Positions 20,826-31,300 of a DNA stretch of 64,000 nt are shown piece after piece. The notes beneath the pieces are model-generated. The model did not search any database. It saw only the letters and a list, made by a program, of their open reading frames with translations, and had not been told where the DNA came from. The stretch covers positions 864,001 to 928,000 of the forward strand of contig AP038806.1 in the NCBI GenBank assembly GCA_047150005.1, in the 5' to 3' direction. The position numbers were made by a program, and so were the translations under genes. The stretch's first letter is position 1. Every line of letters begins with the position of its first letter. This stretch comes from Nitrospira sp. (lineage in GTDB: Bacteria; Nitrospirota; Nitrospiria; Nitrospirales; Nitrospiraceae).

Positions 20826-22472
20826 CTATTCGTACGGCACGCCTTTGGGCCCTTGGATCCAGATATCGAGGGAATAGCTGATCGAACAATAGGGATCCAG
20901 CCACACCCGAATATTGACATAGGGCGAATCCGTTCCGACGCGATTGTCCGCCACATAGGCGTTCCCGGACTGTGCAAGGGTCAGGCACCACACATGGTCG
21001 TCGGGTGTATACCAATTCATGTAATCAATATTAGCTTTGGTGACCTTCCATAGGTTCTTTAACTTTTTGTTCATAAAAAACTTGTCGTTTCCTCTGTATC
21101 CCAACCAATCCGCTCTGGAACTGAATACCTTCCAACTGCCGCCCCCAGTGCGGAACCAACCATGAGGGACCGAGAGATCGCTGGCACAGCCTTGGCCCGT
21201 AGACGTAAACGAAAGCTGGGCCAAACATGTGGCGGGGGCTTGGACCACACTTTCTCCCCATGGCGGCGGCAGCGGCAACCTACGGAGATCCATGGCAGGA
21301 TAGAACTGGAATCCAAGCCCTTGTGGCTGGGCGCTGGACACTCCATCGGCCCCACGGGTGATAGTCCACTCCACTCCTCGCGCTCTCACGATGCCGGACG
21401 CATCTGGAGGCACGGTGAACCGAATATACCAGTCGTGCCATTCAAGGATAGTGGAGACGAGCGTCACGGAGCCGCCGTAGGCTGGGTAGGAGTCTGCGCC
21501 GAGCAACATGGTCAGCTTATTTCCGGGAGACGGTTCGCCGAAATCGTTTCCCGTGATCATTAACTCATCGCCTGGTTGTGCGTTCAATCGACTGATCCAG
21601 ATGATATAGGGTGCAGGTTTGAGTTCCTTCAACACGGGGCCAACTATCGTCGTCCCCCCTGGCTGGGCCAGGATGGCTGGGCCCAACCCGCGTGTTGCGA
21701 CCTCTTCTTCTGTTGGAGGAGGGGGTGGCGCGGTCTCTTCACCGCCTTCGACCGCCCTTGTCTTGATCTGACCCTGCATCCGGGCTTTCTGTAAATGTGG
21801 CTGCAACTCGGCCGAGATGGCGGCGCGGCGGGCCATCTGTTCCTGTTGGAACTTGGCCATCTCGGCCTGGAACGAGGCATCCAGCTTCGCGTTCATCGCC
21901 GCTTCCGCTTGCGGAGTAGAAGGAGGGCGTTGCGCCATGTGCGTTTGTATGTGCGCGCGCACGGCGTTCACATCCGCCGGCGCATGCTGCACAGTGATCG
22001 TCCCGGTCGCTTGCATCGGCGGTCCGCCCGGTTGCGCCAAGGCAATTCGCGCTTGCCACAGCGCACTGTGTTGCACATCCGTAGGCGTAACTTGGTATAT
22101 GAGCCGGATAGCGCCGTTGCCTGCTTGCCGTTGCACCGCCTGCGACGTGGCGCCATATAACTCCACGACCACCGGCGCGCCTTGCGCTTGCACCTCGATG
22201 GTCACCGGACCCGGTTGGGTGACGCCAAAAACGACACCGTATGGCTCGCGATTGTTCACCTCCCACTTCTGCGGCCACGTCGGCAATTGGAACTTCTGCT
22301 CCGCCGCCCCGGGAGGCGTCATCGTCGCTCCGGGCGGCACAGGCCGTTGCACCTTCGGCACGGCACGGCTCTCGACACCACTCGGATTCGAATCCGATAC
22401 GCTTCCCGTTCCACTGCATCCCAAAAAGGCGCTTACCGATATCACGCTCATCAGATAGACAGATGCTTTCAT
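20826..22472 (-). CDS. Lipoprotein, paralog 2 of the VESR/IPT-TIG family
   Basis: Lipobox FLGC, VESRA, IKTRA and VATRG motifs, QPGDELMITGNDFG, and C-terminal GPKGVPYE. Confidence 0.8.
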   Translation of the reverse strand: MKASVYLMSVISVSAFLGCSGTGSVSDSNPSGVESRAVPKVQRPVPPGATMTPPGAAEQKFQLPTWPQKWEVNNREPYGVVFGVTQPGPVTIEVQAQGAPVVVELYGATSQAVQRQAGNGAIRLIYQVTPTDVQHSALWQARIALAQPGGPPMQATGTITVQHAPADVNAVRAHIQTHMAQRPPSTPQAEAAMNAKLDASFQAEMAKFQQEQMARRAAISAELQPHLQKARMQGQIKTRAVEGGEETAPPPPPTEEEVATRGLGPAILAQPGGTTIVGPVLKELKPAPYIIWISRLNAQPGDELMITGNDFGEPSPGNKLTMLLGADSYPAYGGSVTLVSTILEWHDWYIRFTVPPDASGIVRARGVEWTITRGADGVSSAQPQGLGFQFYPAMDLRRLPLPPPWGESVVQAPATCLAQLSFTSTGQGCASDLSVPHGWFRTGGGSWKVFSSRADWLGYRGNDKFFMNKKLKNLWKVTKANIDYMNWYTPDDHVWCLTLAQSGNAYVADNRVGTDSPYVNIRVWLDPYCSISYSLDIWIQGPKGVPYE

Positions 22473-22558
22473 GATGTGCACTCCCATGGTTGATGGCGCG
22501 GTCTCAAATCCGCAGCCCTCCCTGGCGGTCGACATTCTCCATTTCGTCCGACAAGGTT

Positions 22559-24580
22559 TCACGATTTTTTGATACATCCGACTCCCAGAGCGCGAAGTTC
22601 ATCGCCCACCTTCGCCGAATAGCGGCCGGTCGCCAGATGGTCATAGGGTCCTTGGGCATGGGGCATGGTGCCGAATCGACAGATGGCCGCGCCTGGATTC
22701 GACTGTTTAAAATTGTCGTAGGTCTCGAAATCGATGCGAGCGGACTGCGCCATATGGCAGAGACGGCAATACTTCCCCACGAAATCGCGATAGAGATCTT
22801 CGTGCCCGCGCCAGCCTACGGGGACATAATGGACGGCCGCCGCATTCACCATCCCGTTCGGCGCCCGATACATGCCGTCGATCATCCGTGCGATCGGACG
22901 GTTCGGATTGTCCTTGCTGGGACTCGTTTCAGCCACCAGAAAATTGAGGTCCCGAAACTTGACTTCCTGATCGGCGCGGCGGAACCCGGGGTTCTCGTGG
23001 TAGAGAAAATTGTAGACGTCGAACGGCAGGAACGAGGCGCCGCGAACCGTGTGGGTCGCATCATCATAGGTGCCGCCGTGGCAGGCCAGGCACATGTGGG
23101 GCACGAACTTCGGCCCTTCGCGGTCCAGCGCGATATTAGGAATGAGACGGCCGTCCTGATCATAGACGTAGAACGTCACCTGCCGCTGGACTGTGATCGA
23201 CACCACAAAGGATCCGACTCCGTTTCCCGGCCTATCGTCATTGACGCGCAGATACAAGCGTCCCCTGGCGGCACGAACCTGGTTGATATTGCGGTCTCCG
23301 ATGAAGAAATAGGCCGGACGAGGTTTGCACGGCGGGGATTGGCCATAGTCATCGTAGGTTACGACACAGTCAACATCCGAATACGCTCCGGCGTCGTTCG
23401 GCTGACCGATTCGTCCGATCAGACCGAAAGGCGATCCGTTCCCGATTGGGAGTTTCGGATTGTCCGGTCTCGGCCCCCATCCGAATGGACCGTTGTTCCC
23501 GGTCAGACATTCACCGCCCCAGATGGATCCTGTCGCCGAGAATTCGATCACGTCGCCTGGAATGACATCAATACCCGTATCGACATCCTGCCGGCTTGGA
23601 GGACCGTCACTCCGGCTTCCAAGACAGACTTCTGGATTCGACTGTGTGAACAGCCCGTCACGTTCCCGGACCACCACGGTCTTGGACGGGGGGACGGGGT
23701 AGTATTCCATCGCCACGGTGGCCAACGGCTTCGGCAGTGTCGGCGTTGAGCCGGTCCCGGTCGAAGGGCGAACGGTTCCTGATCCGCGGGGGGCACCAAG
23801 GGCACCAGTCGATGGTTGCTGGAGGGAACCGGGTGGGACGAGGCCTCCGGCGGCTAGGACAGCTTCTATCAACGCGGCGTGAGGGTCCGGATAGGCGGGA
23901 TTGGCTCCACCATTGAGAAAGGCCGGCGGCCCATAGTTGGACACGTAACAGGCCATTCCACCGGCGTTTCGCCGGCAGTGCATGTCACGGCCGATCCGTA
24001 AGTCGATGTTGTTGAAGTACGTGGCCCTGACTTCTCCCTGGCCGGCCGCAAACCCGTTGCGGACTTTGAATTGATTCAGCGAGTCGGTGAATTGTTTGAC
24101 GCATGAAAGCCATTGATCACTGCATTTGGCAAGCCCGACCGTGCGAAAGTACTCGAACGATTCGTCCAGCGACCCGACCCCACGCCGACTCAACCAGCAC
24201 GATGGCCGTCCCTCGCAGGGAATCGGCATGGTGAAGCGCTCTGCCAAGAGTTCAGGAACAATGAGCAACGGAGAAACGGTAGGTGACGGCGGCGGGGCGG
24301 GCACGACCGGCGTGAGTTGCGGTCCCGATTGAGGACTCGAAGGAAGCGGCGCGAACTTATCCTTGGGCGGAACAATTGGACGGTCCGGATTGGGAATGCC
24401 GCGTGACTCGACGTCCGCATGTGCAGAAGGTGTTCCACCAGTATTCGGCAGGGATGCGATGTTCGTAGTGCTCTGTTGATTGACGCCGACGTCCGGCTTC
24501 TCCGTCCGATCACCCGCGGTACAGCCAATCGACAGACAGCCGATTACGATGACAAAGGAACTAAGAACTACAGTCTTCAT
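22559..24580 (-). CDS. Lipoprotein diheme c-type cytochrome with VESRG leader
   Basis: Lipobox SIGC, DVESRG, CLACH and CRLCH, and a central lectin-like segment (DTGIDV…ATGSIWGG…LYLRVNDD). Confidence 0.8.
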   Translation of the reverse strand: MKTVVLSSFVIVIGCLSIGCTAGDRTEKPDVGVNQQSTTNIASLPNTGGTPSAHADVESRGIPNPDRPIVPPKDKFAPLPSSPQSGPQLTPVVPAPPPSPTVSPLLIVPELLAERFTMPIPCEGRPSCWLSRRGVGSLDESFEYFRTVGLAKCSDQWLSCVKQFTDSLNQFKVRNGFAAGQGEVRATYFNNIDLRIGRDMHCRRNAGGMACYVSNYGPPAFLNGGANPAYPDPHAALIEAVLAAGGLVPPGSLQQPSTGALGAPRGSGTVRPSTGTGSTPTLPKPLATVAMEYYPVPPSKTVVVRERDGLFTQSNPEVCLGSRSDGPPSRQDVDTGIDVIPGDVIEFSATGSIWGGECLTGNNGPFGWGPRPDNPKLPIGNGSPFGLIGRIGQPNDAGAYSDVDCVVTYDDYGQSPPCKPRPAYFFIGDRNINQVRAARGRLYLRVNDDRPGNGVGSFVVSITVQRQVTFYVYDQDGRLIPNIALDREGPKFVPHMCLACHGGTYDDATHTVRGASFLPFDVYNFLYHENPGFRRADQEVKFRDLNFLVAETSPSKDNPNRPIARMIDGMYRAPNGMVNAAAVHYVPVGWRGHEDLYRDFVGKYCRLCHMAQSARIDFETYDNFKQSNPGAAICRFGTMPHAQGPYDHLATGRYSAKVGDELRALGVGCIKKS

Positions 24581-24614
24581 ACGGACCTCACGGTGCTGCA
24601 CCCGCCGCTACAAC

Positions 24615-26279
24615 TTATTCATACGGAACACCTTTGGGTCCCACGATCCAGATGCGAAGAATATACTTCACGAAAGTAGAAGGCGTTTGCCATGTCCGAA
24701 CATTGACAAAGGGTGAATTCGTACCGATCCGGTTCTCAACAATGTATTGCCCGGCTCCTGTTAATGAGGGGTCGTAAGGGTAAAGGTCGGCGAAAGCATT
24801 CACAACCTCCGTAGATTGAACCTTCCAAGAGTTCTTGAGCAATTTCTTCGTAAAAAACAGGTCATTTCCCTTCGCCCCCAAGTCGCCGCCATATTCCTTC
24901 CGGATGTACCAATTGTCTTCACCACAGGAGCTACAACGTTTCCATCCATCAGGCGCACCGTCCGACGGGATACCAGTAGCGAATCCCGAACTCCCGGGAT
25001 AGTTGCTGTTCCATGGATTGAATACAAAACTTTCATCAAATGGAGGTGGCAGCGGCAGTCGTCGGAGTTCCATGGCCGGATGAAACTGAAATGGAAGCGC
25101 TTGCGGTTGCGCGCTGGAAATCCCATCGGAACCGCGTGTGATGGTCCAATCGACTTGCCGTCCCCTCAAGATGCCTGACACATCCGGGATGGTGAACCAA
25201 ATCAACCCCTCGCGCCACTCTTTGACATTCGCGACGAAAGTCACCGGACCGCCGTTGGGTGGATCGGCGAGCAGCACCATGGTTAACTGGTTCCCCGGTG
25301 CCGGTTGTCCAAAAAAGTCGCCGGTGATTAACAGTTCGTCGCCCGGTTGACCATTCGGTCGGCTGATCCACGTAATATAGGGGGGAGGTAGCACGGCCTT
25401 GAATGTCTGACTCCCTTGCGGCGCAGCGATGAGAGGTTGCGAGCGATCGAGCAATCCACGCGACGCGACATCTTCCTCTGAGGGCGCTTTGAATTGCTCC
25501 GGCGCACTCTCTCCTTCGACACCCCTCGGCTTGACGTGCCCCTGCATTCGAGCGCGCGCCGCCTGGAGTTGCGGCTGTAGTTCAGCAGCAATGACGGCAC
25601 GACGAGCCGCCTGCTCCTGCTGAAACCTGGCCAACGTTGCCTGGAAGGAGGTTTCTAGTGTCGCTTTCATCGCCGCTTCCGCTTGCGGGTCCGGCGCACG
25701 TCGTTGTGTCACGAGCGATTGAACTTGCGCGTGCACCACATTTATATCTGCCGGTGGATGCTGCACGGTGATAGTCCCTGCCGCTTGCGCCGGCGGTCCT
25801 CCTGGCTGAGCCAACGCAATCCGCACCTGCCAGAGCACGCTACGCTGCACTTCGGCGGGCGTGACGTTATAACTGAGCCGAATGGTTCCACTCCCGGACT
25901 GTTGTTGAACCGGTTGCGGGGCGCCGCTGGACAATGACACGACAACCGGCGCGCCTTGCGACTGTACTTCTACGGTGATGGGTCCCGCCTGCGTGACGCC
26001 AAAGCCAAAGCCGGCAAGCTCACGGTTGTTCACATCCCATTTCTGCGGCCAAGTCGGCAATTGAGATTTCTGCTGCGCCAGCGTTCCCGGTGCCACGGAC
26101 ATTCCGGGCTGCATGGGACGCTCGATTTTGGGCATCCCACGGCTCTCGACCTCGCCTGGTGTTTCTTCATCGGCGAACGCTGTTGTGCTGGAGAAGATCG
26201 TGGATGCTGTGAACATACATCCCAGGGCAACAGCCCAGAATCGAGGCATGTGGCATGCCCGGCGTGCTCGATCTTTCAT
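24615..26279 (-). CDS. Secreted protein, paralog 3 of the VESRG/IPT-TIG family
   Basis: aaggag RBS, signal peptide (…AFA), VESRG, VKPRG and VASRG motifs, QPGDELLITGDFFG, and C-terminal GPKGVPYE. Confidence 0.8.
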   Translation of the reverse strand: MKDRARRACHMPRFWAVALGCMFTASTIFSSTTAFADEETPGEVESRGMPKIERPMQPGMSVAPGTLAQQKSQLPTWPQKWDVNNRELAGFGFGVTQAGPITVEVQSQGAPVVVSLSSGAPQPVQQQSGSGTIRLSYNVTPAEVQRSVLWQVRIALAQPGGPPAQAAGTITVQHPPADINVVHAQVQSLVTQRRAPDPQAEAAMKATLETSFQATLARFQQEQAARRAVIAAELQPQLQAARARMQGHVKPRGVEGESAPEQFKAPSEEDVASRGLLDRSQPLIAAPQGSQTFKAVLPPPYITWISRPNGQPGDELLITGDFFGQPAPGNQLTMVLLADPPNGGPVTFVANVKEWREGLIWFTIPDVSGILRGRQVDWTITRGSDGISSAQPQALPFQFHPAMELRRLPLPPPFDESFVFNPWNSNYPGSSGFATGIPSDGAPDGWKRCSSCGEDNWYIRKEYGGDLGAKGNDLFFTKKLLKNSWKVQSTEVVNAFADLYPYDPSLTGAGQYIVENRIGTNSPFVNVRTWQTPSTFVKYILRIWIVGPKGVPYE

Positions 26280-26621
26280 GGTCGTCTCCTTTCACCAAAG
26301 CGCGAATTCTGTGTCATGTCAGAAACGCGCTCCCACGTGCCGATGCTAGGGAACCAGTTTCAAGTTCCAGACACATTGGGCTCCACCCGTCAGGCTTCCT
26401 TTTCCCGGAAGAGGCGCAAGCTGAGCATAGCCGTATGCGACTCCCACGGGGCCGTCAGTCAGTGAACAGGCCGCAAGTAAGCTTCCTAGCAGCACCATAC
26501 TCATCAGCTCTCCTGAGTGTCGCAGGGCTTCTCCTCCTCAATCGAGCACAAGCTGCGACCTGAACGTCCCTGCCGAGTCTGTCGATCCATGCCGCAAGAA
26601 GGTTCAACCCCTTACACGTGT

Positions 26622-26912
26622 TCAATACACCGCGAAGTCGTATTCCAGATTCTCCCGCCGGACGGTCGGATTCTGGCCGCCTTCCGTGAGCTTGCGCACT
26701 TGCTCGATCACGTAGGCTTGCAGTTCGCTCACGGTGATGGCTTGGTCTTTGTTCGCGTCAGCTCCATGGTTCTTCAATCCCTTCAGCAAGGCATAGGTAA
26801 ACACGCCGTTCTTCCATTGCTCCCCTTCCAAGCTGTATTCGTTGCCGCTTGAGCTGGAAATGACCGCCGCGCCGATCATGAATACGGCGAACATCAATAT
26901 GACCTTTCTCAT
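26622..26912 (-). pseudogene. 3' remnant of a second WD40-caspase paralog fused to an unrelated short N-terminus
   Basis: 26622-26873 is a diverged direct repeat of 28313-28564. It lacks the catalytic His and Cys. Confidence 0.85.
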
Positions 26913-27019
26913 CCCTAAGCAATCAGTCCTGCTGGCGAAATTCTCCGGAAAAACGAACGGTGCGAATCATCGGTAAGCGCCAGGTTGCCTACCTCGATCA
27001 CGCCGATGGGTCGACGCCA

Positions 27020-28078
27020 CTACAAGGAAACATTCCAGCTACAAGTGAACGTCGCGTCACCCAGCGGGTTGTTCCAAATCCATGTGACCCCGGTCGCCTG
27101 TTTCGTTGAGCCGTTCGACGCCGGAACGACGAACGAGGTACCCGATGAAAACAGATGCTGTGGCTGCGCGAATGCACTCACCGTCGCCGACATCCTCGGA
27201 TCGGGCCGCAATGGATTCAGCAAGTGTCCCGTATAGGGCACCGTGGTAGAGAATGACGGCGTCGTTGTTAGCCGAAAAGCGGATTGTCCCGTCGCAGGGT
27301 TTGTGCCCAAGGGCGCTTGCCAAGTCTCCATGCGCGTGGCCGTCCCGCCCCACGTGCCACGCCACTGTCCGCCCGCCCCTGTCTGATCCATGAATCCGCT
27401 GACGCTCATCGTGTATCGAAATTGATAAGTCTTCATCGTCGGCGTCGACGAGATCGTCGCCACTTTCTCCCAGCGGTGCAACTCGACGCCGTTGTAAGTT
27501 CCCGCAGCGCCTCCCGTCGTCATGTAGGTTCCTTGCGCCTTGACGAGACACTGGCCTCCATCCGTGGGTGCGGGCGGCGTCGCGCCAGCGAGCGAGAGGC
27601 TGTTAGCCCATTCCCCGCCGCATACCTCGTTTGGATTGCCCGCGCACCCGAGGTTGCAGCTTCGCGGCGGGGAGGCCAAGGCGGCTTCGCCGTACTTTCC
27701 GAAAGTGTTGCCGCAGAAACAGGAGCCGCCGTACTGCGTCGCGGCAAAGGCGAATCCATACTGTGCGCACGAGCTGCGGCAGGCTTGATTCGTCATGCGC
27801 GTGTAGTCGTTGATCCACGAACCGGCGAGATCGCGACTCGCCGCGTCGGCCATGCAGGCGAACGCGCCACCGGTGATTGCCGGTTGTTGAACGAGCGGCG
27901 GCGGTGGCGCCACCACTGGCGGACGAAGAACTTTGGGCGGCTGCTTCGCTGGAGCTTCAGATGGTGGTGGCGGGGTTACCGCCGCCTCAGCAGCGGCCGG
28001 TGCGAGCGCGCCGGTGACGACGGCCAGATACACGATCGCAACCGCCGTGAGCTCGCGGTACCACATGGATGTTTTCAC
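27020..28078 (-). CDS. Secreted WSC-domain (carbohydrate-binding) protein
   Basis: GTG start after aggagg, signal peptide, and WSC Cys pattern MTNQACRSSC…FAATQYGGSCFCGN…CNLGCAGNPNEVCGG. Confidence 0.85.
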   Translation of the reverse strand: MKTSMWYRELTAVAIVYLAVVTGALAPAAAEAAVTPPPPSEAPAKQPPKVLRPPVVAPPPPLVQQPAITGGAFACMADAASRDLAGSWINDYTRMTNQACRSSCAQYGFAFAATQYGGSCFCGNTFGKYGEAALASPPRSCNLGCAGNPNEVCGGEWANSLSLAGATPPAPTDGGQCLVKAQGTYMTTGGAAGTYNGVELHRWEKVATISSTPTMKTYQFRYTMSVSGFMDQTGAGGQWRGTWGGTATRMETWQAPLGTNPATGQSAFRLTTTPSFSTTVPYTGHLLNPLRPDPRMSATVSAFAQPQHLFSSGTSFVVPASNGSTKQATGVTWIWNNPLGDATFTCSWNVSL

Positions 28079-28242
28079 GGTGTCCCCTCCTGTAAGTACT
28101 TTGGGTGTGTCGCACCGACCGCGCCTTCGGACGGTGTTGCTTCCTGAGATAACTCCCCGCCGGCCGCGTGAATGACTCCAGGCCAGATCAGCAATCCTAC
28201 GAACGCGACTCCCATTAGCCATCCGCATGAAGACTGTCGCAT
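28075..28242 (-). CDS. Short signal-peptide-bearing ORF, possibly a truncated gene
   Basis: gaggag RBS and MRQSSCGWLMGVAFVGLLIWPGVIHA leader. Its stop overlaps the WSC gene start. Confidence 0.45.
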   Translation of the reverse strand: MRQSSCGWLMGVAFVGLLIWPGVIHAAGGELSQEATPSEGAVGATHPKYLQEGTP

Positions 28243-28312
28243 ACTGGTGCTCCTCTTACCCGTCTGTCGGTCCATCTTCGAAAAGGTTCGATACATCGGG
28301 GCTCGTGTCCGC

Positions 28313-31300
28313 TCAATACACCGCGAAGTCGTTCTCCAAATTCTCTCTCCTCACCGTCGGATTCTGGCCGCCTTCCGTGAGCTTGCGCACTTGCTCGATC
28401 ACGTAGGCTTGCAGTTCGCTCACGGTGATGGTTCGGTCTTTATTGGCATCGGCGATGTGGTTTTTGAGTCCGTTCAACAACGCATAGGTAAAGACGCCGT
28501 TCTTCCACTGTTCCCCTTCCAGGCTGTATTCATTGCCGCTTGAGCTGGAAATGACCGCCGCGCCCGTGCCGCGCCGCAGATCGGCGAACCAGTCCTGCTG
28601 GAACTTCACGATGTCGCTGGAAAGATGCGGCTCAGCCGGTGCGTTCTCCTGTGGGTCGCCCGCGGCAGCGACCAAGGTGACGCCCCGGGCCGCCTTGAAC
28701 GACCGCATCTTTACGGCACCGGAGCCGCCCGCGTCGGCGTTGGCCACGAGCACCGGCTGATCCTTTTCGATTTCTCCTGAAAAGCAGGTATCGAGCAGGA
28801 GCATCTTCTGCAGCGCCGGTATCCCGTCGAGCAGGAGTTCAAACTCTTCATAGGGCAAGCCGTTCGCGGCCGGCTGTTTGGGATCGATGTCGTGCGTGCC
28901 GAAATAGTAATTCGACTGTTCATCGGTCATCCCATGCCCGGCGGCGAAGACGATCACCAGGTCGTTGATCCTGGATCGCTTGAGCCAATCCTTGGCTTTC
29001 AGAATTTCCGGTCTGGTCGCCTTGTCGTTCGTCAAGTCCAACAGATGGACTTTCCCCTTGACACCGGGACGCTCCTCGACCGATTTGTACAGAGCCAGCA
29101 GGTCATTCGCATCCTTGGCCGCGTAGCGCAGATTATAGGCGCGATTCTTGTATTCGCTGACGCCGATACCCACAAGATAGACGTCGGGCGGAGTCACCTC
29201 GGCCGTGGATGTCGTATAGACCGTTTCCCGCAGCGACTCGGTCCCCTGCTGATTCAATACGGAAACCTGGATCTTGTTGCGACCTGGGACGAGCGGAACC
29301 TGGATCTCCTGCTCGTAGGTCCGCGCGGCCCTGTCGCCAATCGGCACACCGGACGTGCCATGTACCGGCACGTCGTTGACGTACACCTGAAACCGATCGA
29401 GCGCGTATTTGCTGTCGCGGGCCTTGACGCGGATCGGCAAGGTCGCTCGGTTGACCGAGACCGGGACGTCGCCGCCCTGAATGTGAAGCTCCGGCAGATG
29501 AAAATCGATGCCGAGCGCCAGGTCGCTGAGCCCCATTTTCTTGAGCCGTTTTTCATAGGCGAGCCGATAGCTCCTGACGAGCTCTTGGGACGCCATGCCC
29601 AGACGCTCCAGCACGATATCGGGCCGGTTGAACCGCAAATCGAACTGCTCGAAGGGGTACAACTGGTCTTTGAAGCGAAAGGCGACGCCCTTGATCCGGC
29701 TCTTGGACGCCCGATAGTACTGATCCGGCGTCACCGCGACGAAATCCTCGCGCCCGAGCGCAATGAGCGAAGCGACCTCCTTGCCCGAGCGCAGGTTCCA
29801 CAGGCGAATGGCGCCGTCTCCGCCGGCGCTCACGATGAACCGACCATCAGGGTTGAACACGAGGGAACTGACCGCTCCGGTGTGTCCGACCAATTGGAGG
29901 ACCTCCTGACCCGTTACTACATTCCACACCTTGATGATCTGTCCGTGGCCTCTCGCAGCCAACCGGCCGTCCGGGCTGAACGCCGCGCCTCTTCCGCCGA
30001 TGTTCAACTCCAGGTTTTCGGTAAAGCTCATTGGATCGAACTGAGCCCCCTGCATCTTCTTCGGCGGGCGCACCTTCTTCCCCGTCGCGACCTCCCAGGC
30101 CGTCTTGCCTCGCACGCCGTCGGTTGCCAGGAATTTCCCATCGGGACTGAATGCCAGGCTCGTCGCGCCGTGGGCCCCGTCTCCGAATGCCTCAAACAAT
30201 TCCGTGGGGTCATCCAACGTCATGATCTCGCCCTGCGGCATAGCCATCGAGCGAGAAGGCGCCCCCAGACCGAAGGGCAGCAATGATTTGAGACTGCTTG
30301 CCTCTTCAAGCATCTGCTGATGCTGTTCCTCACGCCGACGCTGCTGCTGCGCTCTGGCTTGCATGGGACTCACGTCGCGAAACTCAAGGACCAGTTTGCC
30401 GCTTTGCAGATCCCACAAGCTGGTGCTCTCCGATCGTCCGAGGGCGACGAGCCGGCCGTTCGGGTGGACGGCGAGGGCTCGAATCCATTGAGCCGATTCC
30501 TTCATTCGCTCCATGGTCTGCCGATCGAATGAGGGCTGTTTCGGGGTCTGTGCCTCCATCATGGCGCGCGTTTTTGGATCCATGCCTTCGTAGGCTGCCG
30601 GTGGGTTCTCCGGATAGGCGAGCCCTTTGAGCGATTCGTTTGGCAGCGCAATCCGACGGAGTTCTCTGCCGGAGGAGAGGTCCGCAACCACCACCTGATT
30701 GCCGCGACCGATGACGATCGTGCGGTCGTCTCGTGCGATACGGACATAGACCGGTGTAAACCGGTCGGGCGGAAGCGGCTGTGCCAGCGCATTGAGTTGC
30801 CTGCCGGTGGCGAGATCCCACAGCCATGCCGAACCATTCACACAACCGGTGGCCAACAGTGAACCGGCGCGGCTGACGGCGACGGAGGACACGGCCATCC
30901 CGTCGGGGCAATCAAAGGTGCGGAGCAGTTGCCCAGTGGGAAGATCCCAAAGCTTGGCGCTTCCCCCATGCATGCCGGCTACGATCGATTGTCCGTCTGC
31001 CGTCAATGCCAGATCGGACACTTCGCTCGCGCCGCCGGCCAATCGCGTCTCGTTCCCGCTCGCCGCCTCCTGCAGATAGGGCGCGCCACCGCTCGCTGCG
31101 CCGATCACCCAGGTCGTGCCGTCCGGACTGAAGTTGAGCGACGTGGCCTCGAATTCTCGGACCCTCCGCCCGGAGGGGAACCCGAACAACTTGGCCGTGC
31201 CGTCGCCTTTTCCGATCGCGAGGATCTTTCCATCCGGGCTGAACGTGAGGGACTGGGTCATGCCCATCCCCTTCATCCTCCCTTCTCCCAATGGGATCGC

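Noticed and set aside
22490..23749. 419-aa plus-strand ORF
   Set aside because: Antisense to the cytochrome lipoprotein; typical GC-rich shadow ORF.
19061..24580. Multiheme nitrogen-cycle enzymes (HAO/NrfA-like)
   Set aside because: Only two CxxCH motifs per protein, and unrelated domain layouts.
28892..30286. 464-aa plus-strand ORF
   Set aside because: Antisense to the WD40-caspase gene.
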